DNA of 63,793 nt, the filler included, from Octopus bimaculoides (lineage: Eukaryota), in NCBI RefSeq assembly GCF_001194135.2. It is 5 parts of 5 records of this genome, joined end to end, with 100 filler letters (N's around TTAATTAATTAA, not from the genome) between each part and the next. Parts side by side here need not be neighbours in the genome. Positions count along the whole stretch, not along the records: positions 25,252 to 56,228 come from NC_068993.1; 4 more parts are not named here. One strand, written 5' to 3'. Made by a program: the position numbers and the translations under genes. The notes beneath the pieces were generated by a model. The model was not told the DNA's origin. It was given only the letters and a program-made list of their open reading frames with translations, and did not search any database. This document shows, in pieces, positions 39,633-51,705 of this stretch. Every line of letters starts with the position of its first letter. Within the stretch, counting starts at the first letter, position 1.

Positions 39633-40364
39633 GACAATATAGCACCAAGTACAGGCTTTCAGTTAGGGTATAACTGATCCCCAATAGAAGTGTAGTACAC
39701 TATAAGTTTTACAACACTACTCATTTATATTATATTTAGAGAACAGTGATTAAATGAAAGCAAGCTTAATTGTTTAAAAGATATTAAATTGAACATAAAA
39801 AGGATTGCAAAACATCACTTTTATATCTTCTTTCGAGCGTAAATGTTGAAGGGCAGCGATACCCCAAATTAGTTTGCAATCATGAAATAATTATAAATTT
39901 ACAAAAATCGTGGAACACATCATACCAAGATTTTAGACAACCACGTCTATCCTAATTTTAAACAGACATTGACTGGAACAATTTGTTCCTGGGAGAGAAT
40001 TTGCCTATATGAAAAATTACAACATATAATAATTCTATATACACACTTGAAACGGAATATGATTAAAATACCGGTGTGTGTATTGATTATGATGTATATA
40101 CAAACGTAGTGCGGCATTAGCTGTAGCATTCTGTTCCAGAGAAACTTCTCAAAGACCTGTGTGTTAAAAAGCACGGGGCTCGACCAGAATATCATGAGGG
40201 AGTCGTTTTCACCTGATTTAGTCCCGTAAGCCACGAACATATACGAACATCCTGAACTAAGCAGGAAAATATTCGGTCCGATATAGAAATCGGTGAATAA
40301 AGTATTCATTGATCAATGTGAAAGTTGGCCAGGTTAAAATTAAATTGATATTTTTATTTTAAAC

Positions 40365-43300
40365 TTACTTCAGTCATTAGACTGCGGGTGTACGGGAGCA
40401 GCGTCAATTTTAAGTTGAATGAATCGAGTCAAGTACTTGTTTGTTTTTTTAAAGCTTGGCGCTTATTCTCTTTTATCGAACCGCTAATTTACGGAGACGT
40501 AAGCACTAGGGTTATTACTTTTTGATTTTTTGAAAGTAAACAATTTCCTTATCAAAAGTCGATGAACAATTTTATATACGTTGAGAAAATAACATTTATC
40601 TTAAGTTTTTAAAAAACGTCACCCCAACTGAAGAAATCTAACATTACGTTTGCAAAATTCTAGCTGGGTTCATAATGCCTATACAAGTTTTTACCAAACT
40701 TGGTGTGCTGACTTAATACAAAGCAGAAGCAGTATATCTCAAATTTCTGCTTTCAAGTTCAAGTAGTTTTAGGAGTTTTAAAGTTTTTAACTTGTTACCA
40801 CTTAGGCCCAACTTTAAGAAATATTCTCTTCCTCTCCTTTTTATCTCTGTGACGTTAAACACTCTGACTATATTAACTGTTTCTCAGAATAGTAGGCTTA
40901 TCCATCTGGAGTATCTAAAATAATGTCTCATAGGAGAAGTGCTTGTGTCACTCAAAGACACAAAAAAATCTGGACGAAGAATTTCGTGTAATTTCAAGAC
41001 TCACATAGGAAAGAAAGACCTGTTCCTCTAGAAGAGCATTTTTTGGAAAACAACTGCAGGATACCAATGAAACTTCAAATTGTCGGTCGCTACCTGTTCT
41101 TTGGAGGTACCATCAAAGGAAGGAAAGAAAGAACAAAGGAAATTTCGAAAAAAGTAACATTTTTATGGCAAAAGAAATTAAATTTCCCATAATTATCAAT
41201 TTAAAATGTAGAAGCAAAAGTAGAAAAAGTGCTGAATACCTACGATAAATGCGTTAAAAGAGGAAAATACGATTCATTGAAAGAAATTTTTGACATCAGA
41301 AAGGAAAACGGTGAATGGCTGTGCAGTGAGGATAGAAGGTTATATTATCTTCAAATTGAAAGCAAAGGACAGGTTGGGTATGGAATTAGAAAGGCAGCCA
41401 GTTCCAGAACTATCCGTCTATCCAAAAGAAGAAAAGTGTCCTTAAAGCCATCTTCAGCCAGAGCAACTCCAGTGTCATCGTAAACGTCTGAAGCAGAGAC
41501 TGAAAGTGAATATCAAGAGTCCGAAAAATCAGATGAAGAATCCACACAAACAAAGAGGAAGTACAGCAAAACTGGAACTGCACCAATTTAGTTATTACCT
41601 TCCAAGCTATCAACCCCAAAAGCAGCAACAGTTTTTCGACAATTATCTCAAGATGGGATCAATGTCGAGACTCCTTCCCAATCTGGTATTTACAGATCGA
41701 CTATCAAAGAAGCTGTTAAACTAAAAAAGAAAATGAAGAAAAGACTACATTTAGAAAACTGGTCAATGTATTTTGATGGTAAACTTATTGATGACCAAGA
41801 ATATCAAGTGCTAGTTGTAAAGAATGACCAGAGAGAAGTTAAGTTAGAAGTACTCCAATTACCAAATGGAAAAGCCGATACTGTTGTGAAAGGAATAACA
41901 GCTGTTTTAGATGAATACAATTTATGAACCTGTGTAAAGATGATCGTCGCTGATACAAAGAATGTGAACACTGGGAAAAGAAATGACATTGTCATTCAAT
42001 TGCAAAGACTGTTTGCTCAAAGGGTTTGAAAGAACCGCAATTTATTGGTTGTCAGTATCATATCATTGATAGAGGTTTTTTTTTGTGTTGTAATGGATAA
42101 CGAAATTCATCCCAGAGCTTCTAAGTAATTATGAAAAACTCCAGGCTAATTTCAACAATGGTGAAGAAAAGATTACTGAATCTGCAGGATGGTGAGATGA
42201 CATGAAATTTCTATTTCATTTGGCCAGAGTTTTTCGTTTCTTTGAAGACACCGGAAAATTTCCTCCTGTAAAATTTTTTAAAATACCCAATTAGAGTAAT
42301 GCAAGATGGAATTCTTGAGCAATACTAGCTCTTTTAGCATTTATTCTTCTACTAGAGAAAAGAGTTTTGCTTCTCAATGTTTGTCAATTCATCTCTTACA
42401 GCTGGACAGATTTTTGGTTTACTGACCAAATGTTTAATGCACATGATTATCAGAAGTTATGTGGTAGCCTGCAAGTTCATAAAAAAGCATTGAACTCTGT
42501 AAGAAAACTTTTGGAGTCGAGAACCATCAAAACTGGAAATTCTCAGGACAAGTCAGAGTGCAGAATGAGCAATCAATATCTTTATGATGTTTGTAAAAAG
42601 AAGGAGCAACTTCAGCTTCGATTTATTTTATCTAACAAAACATATTAATTCTTTGTTATGTTTAAAAATTTCCCAACATTCAGCACCCTTTTTCTTATAC
42701 AGTTATTTAAAATTAGAATTAAACCTATAAAGTTTAAAATATGTATTGTTTTTAGTTTTGCTTGTTATCGAATGCTTGTAGTGGTCTCTGTCTTAAAATA
42801 ACTTAGTTTTGAACATTTGCATAGAACAATTTCAATTCAATAGTCTTAAAAATGTATAAATACACTTTTATTCCACATCTCTCTTGCGTTTACAAGGATT
42901 TAGGCAGCGGGAATACTGAAGTGTGAATCTAGTGCCACCTAGTGATTATAGTTTAAAAAGCCCATAACTCCGAAACTACTTCAACTAGAAATCTGAAATT
43001 TCAGATATACTATTTCTGCATTGCATTGAGTCAGCACAAGAAGTTTGGTAAAACTTGAGCAGGAGTTATGAACTCCCCAACAATGTTGCATGATTTGGAT
43101 CAAAAGTGGTGATCGATTTCTTAAGTAGGGGGTGACGTTTTTTTCAAATAAAGCAAAATAAATGTTAGTTTCCTGACTTCTATGAAATTATTCACCAAAT
43201 TACAGCATAGAATTATTAGGTTGTGAAAAAGTCATAACCCTAGTAAACACACCAACACCGGTTGTCAAGCGGTGGTGGTGAACAGACACAGATGCAAAGA
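40365..43300 (-). mobile_element. SINE family A split in two (40365-40506 and 43243-43300) by a DNA transposon
   Basis: gaaccgctaatttacggagacgtaagcac | gtaaacacaccaacaccggttgtcaagcggtgg rejoin into the family A consensus. Confidence 0.85.
40507..43242 (+). mobile_element. Full-length decayed hAT-superfamily transposon (hATm-like)
   Basis: TIRs tagggttattacttttt and aaaaagtcataacccta; 8-bp TSD gtaagcac/gtaaacac (1 mismatch); broken transposase with MYFDGK..EYQVLVVKN..GKA..IVADTKNVNTGKRN..FIGCQYH. Subgroup assigned from remembered TAGGG termini and DT..NTG/C.HH motifs. Confidence 0.85.
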
Positions 43301-44189
43301 CATACACATATATATACATACATGCATATATATGTATATATATNNNNNNNNNNNNNNNNNNNNNNNNNNNNNNNNNNNNNNNNNNNNNNNNNNNNNNNNN
43401 NNNNNNNNNNNNNNNNNNNNNNNNNNNNNNNNNNNNNNNNNNNNNNNNNNNNNNNNNNNNNNNNNNNNNNNNNNNNNNNNNNNNNNNNNNNNNNNNNNNN
43501 NNNNNNNNNNNNNNNNNNNNNNNNNNNNNNNNNNNNNNNNNNNNNNNNNNNNNNNNNNNNNNNNNNNNNNNNNNNNNNNNNNNNNNNNNNNNNNNNNNNN
43601 NNNNNNNNNNNNNNNNNNNNNNNNNNNNNNNNNNNNNNNNNNNNNNNNNNNNNNNNNNNNNNNNNNNNNNNNNNNNNNNNNNNNNNNNNNNNNNNNNNNN
43701 NNNNNNNNNNNNNNNNNNNNNNNNNNNNNNNNNNNNNNNNNNNNNNNNNNNNNNNNNNNNNNNNNNNNNNNNNNNNNNNNNNNNNNNNNNNNNNNNNNNN
43801 NNNNNNNNNNNNNNNNNNNNNNNNNNNNNNNNNNNNNNNNNNNNNNNNNNNNNNNNNNNNNNNNNNNNNNNNNNNNNNNNNNNNNNNNNNNNNNNNNNNN
43901 NNNNNNNNNNNNNNNNNNNNNNNNNNNNNNNNNNNNNNNNNNNNNNNNNNNNNNNNNNNNNNNNNNNNNNNNNNNNNNNNNNNNNNNNNNNNNNNNNNNN
44001 NNNNNNNNNNNNNNNNNNNNNNNNNNNNNNNNNNNNNNNNNNNNNNNNNNNNNNNNNNNNNNNNNNNNNNNNNNNNNNNNNNNNNNNNNNNNNNNNNNNN
44101 NNNNNNNNNNNNNNNNNNNNNNNNNNNNNNNNNNNNNNNNNNNNNNNNNNNNNNNNNNNNNNNNNNNNNNNTGTGTGTGTGTGTGTGTG

Positions 44190-44385
44190 TGTTTTATCCC
44201 TCCCACCATCGCTTGACAACCGATGTTGGTGTGTTTACGTTCCCGTAACTTAACGATTCGGCAAAGGAGCCCGATAGGATAAGTACTAGGCTTACAAAGA
44301 ATAAGTCCTGGAGTCAATTTGTTCGACTAAAGGTCGTGCTCCAGCATGGCCGCAGTCAAATGACTGAAACAGGTAAAAAATCAAA
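44190..44385 (+). mobile_element. SINE family A, 3' half
   Basis: ccaccatcgcttgacaaccgatgttggtgtgtttacg..gtgctccagcatggccgcagtcaaatgactgaaacagg. Confidence 0.85.
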
Positions 44386-44928
44386 AAATAAAATACCAAC
44401 GACGCTGGTGTTTATATTTTGTCCCTGAAAGACTTCTCTTAATAACGCAATATTGAAGATATAGGCACAACTCAGCTTTTATCGTTTCGTCATTTCGCCA
44501 TTGTGGTTTTTTTTTTTAAAGAAATTAATGGTAATATTTACGCGTCAATTTCAGTGGATTTATTCGATTTTAAATCGGTCGCAGCAAATATATTTAAACT
44601 TTTTAAAGACGCCTAAAGCAGCATTAACATGGGGAAAATCAAATAAAATAGATGTGGAAATAAATACAAGTCATTCACTGAAACAAATATAAGCAAATAA
44701 ATAATAAGAATATTTATGTCCTACTTAGCATGGATGATTTGTAAGAGCTCTGTAAAACTAAGGTATTCATCTTGAGAAATCTGATCGTATATCCATTTAA
44801 TGCTAAGAAGCATTGATATTACTTCCGTCGTTAATATTTTATTCCTACAGAACCTGCCGGCTATTTGCGACATCGCTCACTGATTTTCTACTTGTCGATG
44901 ACAAAGAAATTTGGCTTGCATACGGTGA

Positions 44929-44996
44929 ATTGATGCCTGCTGCTGATGAAGCGCAAACACGCTGAAATCATGCGATCTAGCTGTCCCGCCATCGAT
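44929..44996 (+). ncRNA. Type I hammerhead ribozyme (predicted)
   Basis: Core CUGAUGA 44943-44949; stem II AGCG/CGCU with loop CAAACA; GAAA 44964-44967; stem III A-U, U-A, C-G with loop AUGC; cleavage triplet AUC (C44977); stem I GCUG/UAGC, then an internal loop and a 7-bp extension AUUGAUG/CAUCGAU. Confidence 0.85.
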
Positions 44997-45772
44997 GCTG
45001 AACAATTTCTCATCTGCTACCAATATGTCCGTGCTTCTTGGCACTAAACGTCTATATGAGAAAATTTCTTAAAACAAATATCGCAGTGTTACAGAAACTA
45101 GAATCTCTTAGTGATCGATTTATCTGCTAGAAAGTGCAGTCAAATCTACTTCAAATCATACTACACCAGAGAAAAAAAATACAGTAAGAAGACATTAAGT
45201 AATTAGTTAGTGATACAATAAAATAGGTAGGGATGGTTATGGATGGAATACATTTGATCATTCAATGGTTGGACTGGATTATGATTTGTTATAAGGCAAA
45301 AAATAGAAAGCAGAAAGAAAGGAATAAACCCAAACTATCCCTCTCTCTCCCTCCCCCCTCTCCCTCTCTCACACTCACACACACATACACTCTCTGTCTG
45401 CCTGTCTATGTATGTTTGAATGCGTGCGAGCGTGTGTGTGTGTGTGTGTGTGTGACAAGATTCAGAGATACTAGGTTGACCAGTCCAGCTACCAGGTGGT
45501 ATCCAAGTTTTGAAAAGGCCATTCGACTGGAATCCACGACGATGGGAAGACAATTTAGCTTAAAAGTTTATGCCAAAATGGAAAGAAATGGAGCATTCAA
45601 AAAGGAACTGAAAGCTCACTGTGACCAGCGATATATAACAATATCTGACAGTCAGGTCGATACAGTGATACAGTGATATATANNNNNNNNNNACAAAAAA
45701 CAAAAGACGAAGACAGGTGTAGGAACAACAAGCAGGTGTATGTATGTATACATACATACATACATATATACA

Positions 45773-45804
<32 letters not shown>

Positions 45805-46049
45805 CATATACATATACATACATAGATACTTATATATATGCATGCATGGATACATGCATAAAAACATACATACATACAAGCTTGCATACATACGTACGTA
45901 CATATGTATATATGTATAAACAACAACGTATAACAAGTGACAATATTCGACATAACCACCTGTAGTCCGACAACCCATCGATCTGGTCTGGTCGTCTGTG
46001 GTTCTTAATATATGCACGCACGAAATCAATCAGAAAATAACAAATAAAT

Positions 46050-46490
46050 AACCAAATAAATAAATAAGAGAAGAGTTAAAGGGAGAAAGTTAAAGGGAAA
46101 GAGAATTCAGAGGGAGAAAGAAATAAAGGAAAAAGGCGAGAGGGTGAGGGGAGAAGGATAGAAAGTAGAAGAGAGATGAAGTGAGAGGAGGAGAGAGATG
46201 GAGAGAGATGGAGAGAGAGAGAGAGAGAGAATTAAGACAAGGTAAAGAATTAAAAGGAGAGAGAAAGTGAAGGAGAGAGGGAATTAAGAGAGAGAGAGAG
46301 AGAAAGAGAGGGAGAATTAAAGAAAGTGAGGAAGAGAGAGAAAATTAGAGGAAGATAGTGGAAGAGAAAGGGGGAGAGGGAGAGTGTGTATGTGTGTGAT
46401 TGTGTGTGCGTAAAAGAGAGAGGGAGGGAAGAAGAGGGGGAGAGGAACAGAGAGGGAGAGAGAAGTAGAAAGAGAGAGTGAATGATCTGA
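46050..46490. repeat. Polypurine (GA-rich) low-complexity tract
   Basis: About 440 bp that is almost entirely G/A on the + strand. Confidence 0.9.
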
Positions 46491-47385
46491 GACACAGATG
46501 CAATATATTGTTTGTTCGTGTTTCTATAAAGTGATTCGTGGTATTTTCTTATTGTCTCGAGATGTCAACGTGTGGCGATCAATCAATCAATCAATGGTTT
46601 GTATTGGTACTTGTGTTACTTTTCACACTTGGTTAATTTACATGACAGCTGTTCACAGACGACGTTCCTTGTGAACTGACATCTCAGACTTGGTTAGGTC
46701 GAATTCACATCCATTGAACACATCATACCACACATACACACTGACAATCGATTGTCCACAGAGAGAAATTCATGCATGCAGGGTCGCAGCTGGCTCAGTC
46801 AAGAAACTGCTCGGTATACAAGCCAAAATATTAGCGTCTCGTATCCTGTTACCAGCTTCAGTGTGGTGTATTTAGCTAGATTTCTCTGCTACATTCACAT
46901 ATTTGAAAATTGGTAGCAGGAAGTGATGCAGTTAATCGCTATAGCAATACTGTAAGAAAGTTTGAAGTTCCAGTGTCGGATATGATCTTTAGTAGCGGCC
47001 TTGTCAATTTCTTTTCTTGACAACTTGTCTGCCGAGGACATCCACCTGATGCACAATCCTCACTTGTGACTCCACGAACTGTCTGCATAAAGCAGTGCGC
47101 CACCTCTTGAGCAACGGTATTGGAAGGCCGGCTAAATCAGTCTGAAGGGGGCTAGCGAGATTTAAAGCTTCAGTGAAATTCTTTAAGGGTTTGTCTAACA
47201 AACTTGCGTGAAGACTGGATTTCCTGTGGACTGTGAGGAGAAAACAGTCGGAAATGTTTAGGTTTCAGTGAGTAGAAAGACGACATGCAGTAATGTTGCT
47301 GTAAAATACCTCAAAATCAAATACTTAGATTACCTTGGTTATTTAGTTGCATCTCGTATATACCTCTGATCGTCTCGACTCGACT

Positions 47386-47799
47386 TGCCAGTGGTCCTAG
47401 AAGTCAGGCACGACAGCGTGTGGCTGATCGTCCGGTGCTATGATCCAGATTTAGCACAGGTCAAGATTCGAACTTTTTCAAACTGATAGCTCACTCGGTG
47501 TCACAATTGGGATATCAAGTGAATTTATGACAATAAAACACCGTTACATTAGAAGATTAATTACACAGAAGATGTGACGCAGGAGGAAACAATCTCAAAG
47601 GAACAGCCGCCTGCGCAGTTGCCTCTTTCGTTATTGCAGTTAATAATAGGTGGAGATTACGCCATCTTAGAACACTCAAGTTGCTAGTGGTCCCAGAAGT
47701 CAGGCACGACAGCGTATGACTGATCGTCCGATGCTATGATCCAGATTTAGCACACATCAAGATTCGAACTTTTTCAAACTGATAGCTCACTCGGTGCCA
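47386..47799. repeat. Pair of 118-bp direct repeats (47386-47503, 47682-47799)
   Basis: 8 substitutions in 118 bp by manual alignment; both copies can be bounded TG..CA. Confidence 0.9.
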
Positions 47800-50054
47800 C
47801 TCGATGGACAGCAATAAGGTTGATAAGGTGAGTGACATCATTAGAGAAGTTAGAAAACCGAAATGAAGCCATTTCTAAATATTTCATAAGAAAACAGAGA
47901 ATCACCTTGACGATGTGATGCAGCAGCATTGTTTTATTACGACTCTTTTCTAAATAGGTAACGTGACAAAGTACAGTGAAGTCCATTTGTAGATTTATGT
48001 CGGAGACTGATGACTTCACTAAGTTAAGTGTTACATAGAATTACATAGAGCCTCTCTTTCTAATGTAGTTATTTACTTCGACGTTTCTTACAGCAACATG
48101 GTGGTAATTACCTTTAAAGAGTAAATAATGCTTAACAGAATTTAGAGGGTTTCAAATTTCTTCAACTCGTCGCTAACAACTAGGCACAGAAAGATTTATA
48201 TCAATGTAACAAAACCTGTTTTATCCTTTCATTGATAGAAAGAAAAGGCAGGGGGCTACAGTGGGGGATGGTTACACTAATTTTGGGGTGGGGGTCTCTG
48301 ATATATGTCAGTTTGAGAATTACTAGTTTTGTACCAATTCAGTTCTGATTGTACAAATTCATGGTCGAAGACGTTCCAGCTGGGACCTCCCGGTTTGTTT
48401 TATTCAGTTATTTGTCAAGGGTTAATTACATTCTTCAAAACTGTCCATTATTTCTTGTTTAAACTATAAGGCGTAGGATTTGAAGGAAATTTGTGATTGC
48501 AGTTTGTGACCGCGTAAAAGATTGTTATGTCGTGTATATCTATGGTCAAAGGACTTCCAGCCGTGACTCACCATCCTTCAGAAAGAAACGTCTATATTAT
48601 CTAATGTGGCCTTCCTTATTCAAAACGGTAGTGTTATTTGAGGAAAATATGGTCGCTGTTCCGAAAAGTGCCAGAGGAACGGCTCTCTATGTTGGATCGA
48701 CTCTTCTAATGTTTATTTCAGATGTGAACTGTGAGATGGAATCGTATTAATCGATATGATGAACGATTAGCTATTTGGATTATTGTCTACTGTGTTTTCA
48801 TGTCAATGTAAACGAAATAATTATTTCCATTCAGCCCTGTTTATTTCACTTTATTAATAAATTCTAAAATATTCAAATTAACTATAGTAATTCGAAGCTG
48901 CGAGGCAAAATGATTAGCGGTACGTGACTGTATTCTGCCAACGAATATAGTAACATTCAGCTGTTTATTGTAGCCAAGTGATATGTGTGACGTCTATTTC
49001 ATTTCAGAGAGGCTATAGAAAAAGCATCGCCAGAGACCTGTGAAGTCAAATTCTGGTTGTTATCGTTGTTTGATCTCCGTTGCGGGAGCAGAATGAGAAG
49101 ATCGAAGTCGAAGGCTTTGCAACTGTGACCATCTCTAATTACGTTGCTATCAAAATTCAGTGAGGAATCAGCCAGTTAAACATCTGTAATGACGATGTAA
49201 TTGATAGTACAATCAAGTATTGAGTAAATAAATAAAAACAAATAACTGTGATAAACATAGAGCATATATTCGCGTTTTATTTAACAAAAAAATAAAAATA
49301 AAAATTTAAAAAAACAGTTGATATACACGAAAATGCTATATGGTGTAAGGGAGTTAACTCTTGATATAATAAGGTAGATAACTCTTACATTGTAATGTAC
49401 CTTGCTTTTTCACGTGAGTTGTTAGTTTTGCTATGGACCTTTACCCCAAATTACATTATGAGGTATCATATACCGTAAAAACTACCCAAAATTTATAAAC
49501 TAGTTTTTCCGCTAATAGTATTAGACAATGATAAGCATATAAATAGGAATCGAGGAGAGTATTTATGAACTGTATCGACACAATTCAGAGCATGGAGTTA
49601 AATTAACAAATAAAATTGCTTTATCAGGTGTAGACGACAATCATAACGTTCAGATATCTAAGATCTTTCCAAAGTCTCTCTTTCTCTCTGTCTCTCTCTC
49701 TCTGTCTCTCTCTCTGTCTCTCTCTCTCTACACAACACACACATCAGAATGCTGTGACTCGCTTTTGACTCTTACATTGTTATTTGTAGAGTAACTGAAG
49801 CAATGACACATTAGCATGCTTAATTTACTGCGCGTCTCGCTATCTTTTTCTAACATTTTGAAGAGTACTCACACGTACAAAGAGCCTCTCCTTATGCTTT
49901 TGAACCTTTTTCATTTTCATTGATCCATATTAGTGTTTCTGTGAAGCCTTGTGCATTGAATATTGGCTATTCTTAATTAAACATTATAGTAGTTAAGTTT
50001 TTTTGTCGGACTCACTCATAAATTCAGTAAACCTGCTGGGTGCTCTTGGTACCT

Positions 50055-50265
50055 CATTTATCAAGCTCTACTCTTGTATATATTGGTTTCAAATTTTGAA
50101 CACATGGCCAGCCAGTTCGTGGGAGGAGATGAGTCTATTACATCAATCCCAGTACTCAACTTGTACTTATTTCATCGACTTCGGCGGAATTTGAACTCAG
50201 AACATAAAAGCGGACGAAATGCCACGCAGCAATTTGTCCGGTGTGCTAACGTTTCTGCCAGTTCG
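50055..50265 (-). mobile_element. SINE family B
   Basis: ttcaaattttgaacacatggcc..tcgacttcggcggaatttgaactcagaac..gtgctaacgtttctgccagttcg. Confidence 0.8.
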
Positions 50266-50965
50266 TTTCCTTTGCTCTTATCTACATTAAGCCCTGTTAT
50301 TACATTTTACATATCCTTCTCTAACATCAACACCTAACGGTTACTTCTTGCCAGATTGAATTCACTGTTACACTTTCAAACACGGTTTTTATCTCCACGG
50401 AACCTGAACACTTCAAGTCATAAACAATGTATTCGGAAAACATTCTTTATTAACGATTTAAAATCTAGTCCCCTTCAAAAAATTATCTAAACAGAGTTAT
50501 CATTATATACTTATCGAATAAATACATTTGCAACACGATGATCACTTTTTTCGTGAATAACTTACAACTTAAACTTTACAAATGTTAGGTCTAATCGTCT
50601 TTAATGATTTCTTGCTAAAACCAAAACTGTTTCTCAAAGATTCCAGTCTTCACTTCAAAGCCAGGAACTACTTCATAACGGAAGATTTGCTGAGGCGAGT
50701 TTTACAAAAAGAGACAGGAGTTATTTGGTATTCAAATATAAGTAGAAGAGGCAAACAATATATAAATGTGATTTTTACGTTGATTTACATCAGCATTATA
50801 CATCAATAATAGTTGTTATATAATTGTTCACTCTTTTTCTGACTCCCAGCAAATTCATTAAACACAAAGCAAACGCATTTCATTGAACGACGAATCAGTC
50901 AAGCCAGATGCAAGGGAAATAACTTATAATGGGGGAATTCGTTGTGAAATCATGTGTTGAAGCAG

Positions 50966-51345
50966 ATTTTGTGGTGTCTGGGGAGAGTCATATTGTCTTA
51001 ATGCCTTATTATTTAACACACTCACCCATTCGATTTCCACCCATTTATTATTATTTTTGCTTCTGAAATTTTTGCTGCTTTTGCAACCTTGTGAATATTA
51101 TTATTTCACAATTTCATATTTTATTGATATTATAATTATATCTATAGACTAATACTTGGTATTTGTCTATCCTCTATGAGTGCCACATTAACGCGCGCGC
51201 GCGCGCGGATTTATGGCAAGGTTACAAAAGCAACGAAAATTTTGGAAGAAAAAATATAAATAATAAATGAGTGGAAATCGAACCGGTGAGTGTGTTAGAT
51301 AATAAGGCATTAAGGCAATATGACTCTCCCCAGACACAACAAAAT
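50966..51345. mobile_element. Foldback/MITE with about 125-bp inverted arms
   Basis: 50966-51091 is the reverse complement of 51217-51345 (gtgtctggggagagtcatattg..ttaatgccttatt..acacactcacc..tcgatttccac); the spacer contains (CG)n. Confidence 0.8.
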
Positions 51346-51359
51346 TATAATGGATATAT

Positions 51360-51705
51360 ATTCTTTTATTTTTTTTATTCTTTTATTTGTTTCAGTCATT
51401 TGATTGCGGCCATGCTTGGGCACCACCTTTAGTTGAACAAATCGACCCCACTTATTCTTTGTAAGCCTAGTGCTTATTCTATCGTTCCCTATCACCGAAC
51501 TGCTATATTACGAGGATGTAAGCACACGAACATCGGTATCAAGCGGTGGTGGTGGTGGTAGGACAAACACACACACACACATACGACGGGCTTCTTTCGG
51601 TTTTCGTCTACCAAATCCACTCACAAGGCTTTGTCAGCTCGAGGCTCTATTAAAAGACACTTGCCCATATGGTTGGGAAGCAAGCTTCTTACCACCCAGC
51701 CACTT
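51360..51705 (-). mobile_element. SINE family A, near full length
   Basis: tttcagtcatttgattgcggccatgct..acgacgggcttctttcgg..ctaccaaatccactcacaaggctttg..gggaagcaagcttcttacc. Confidence 0.85.
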
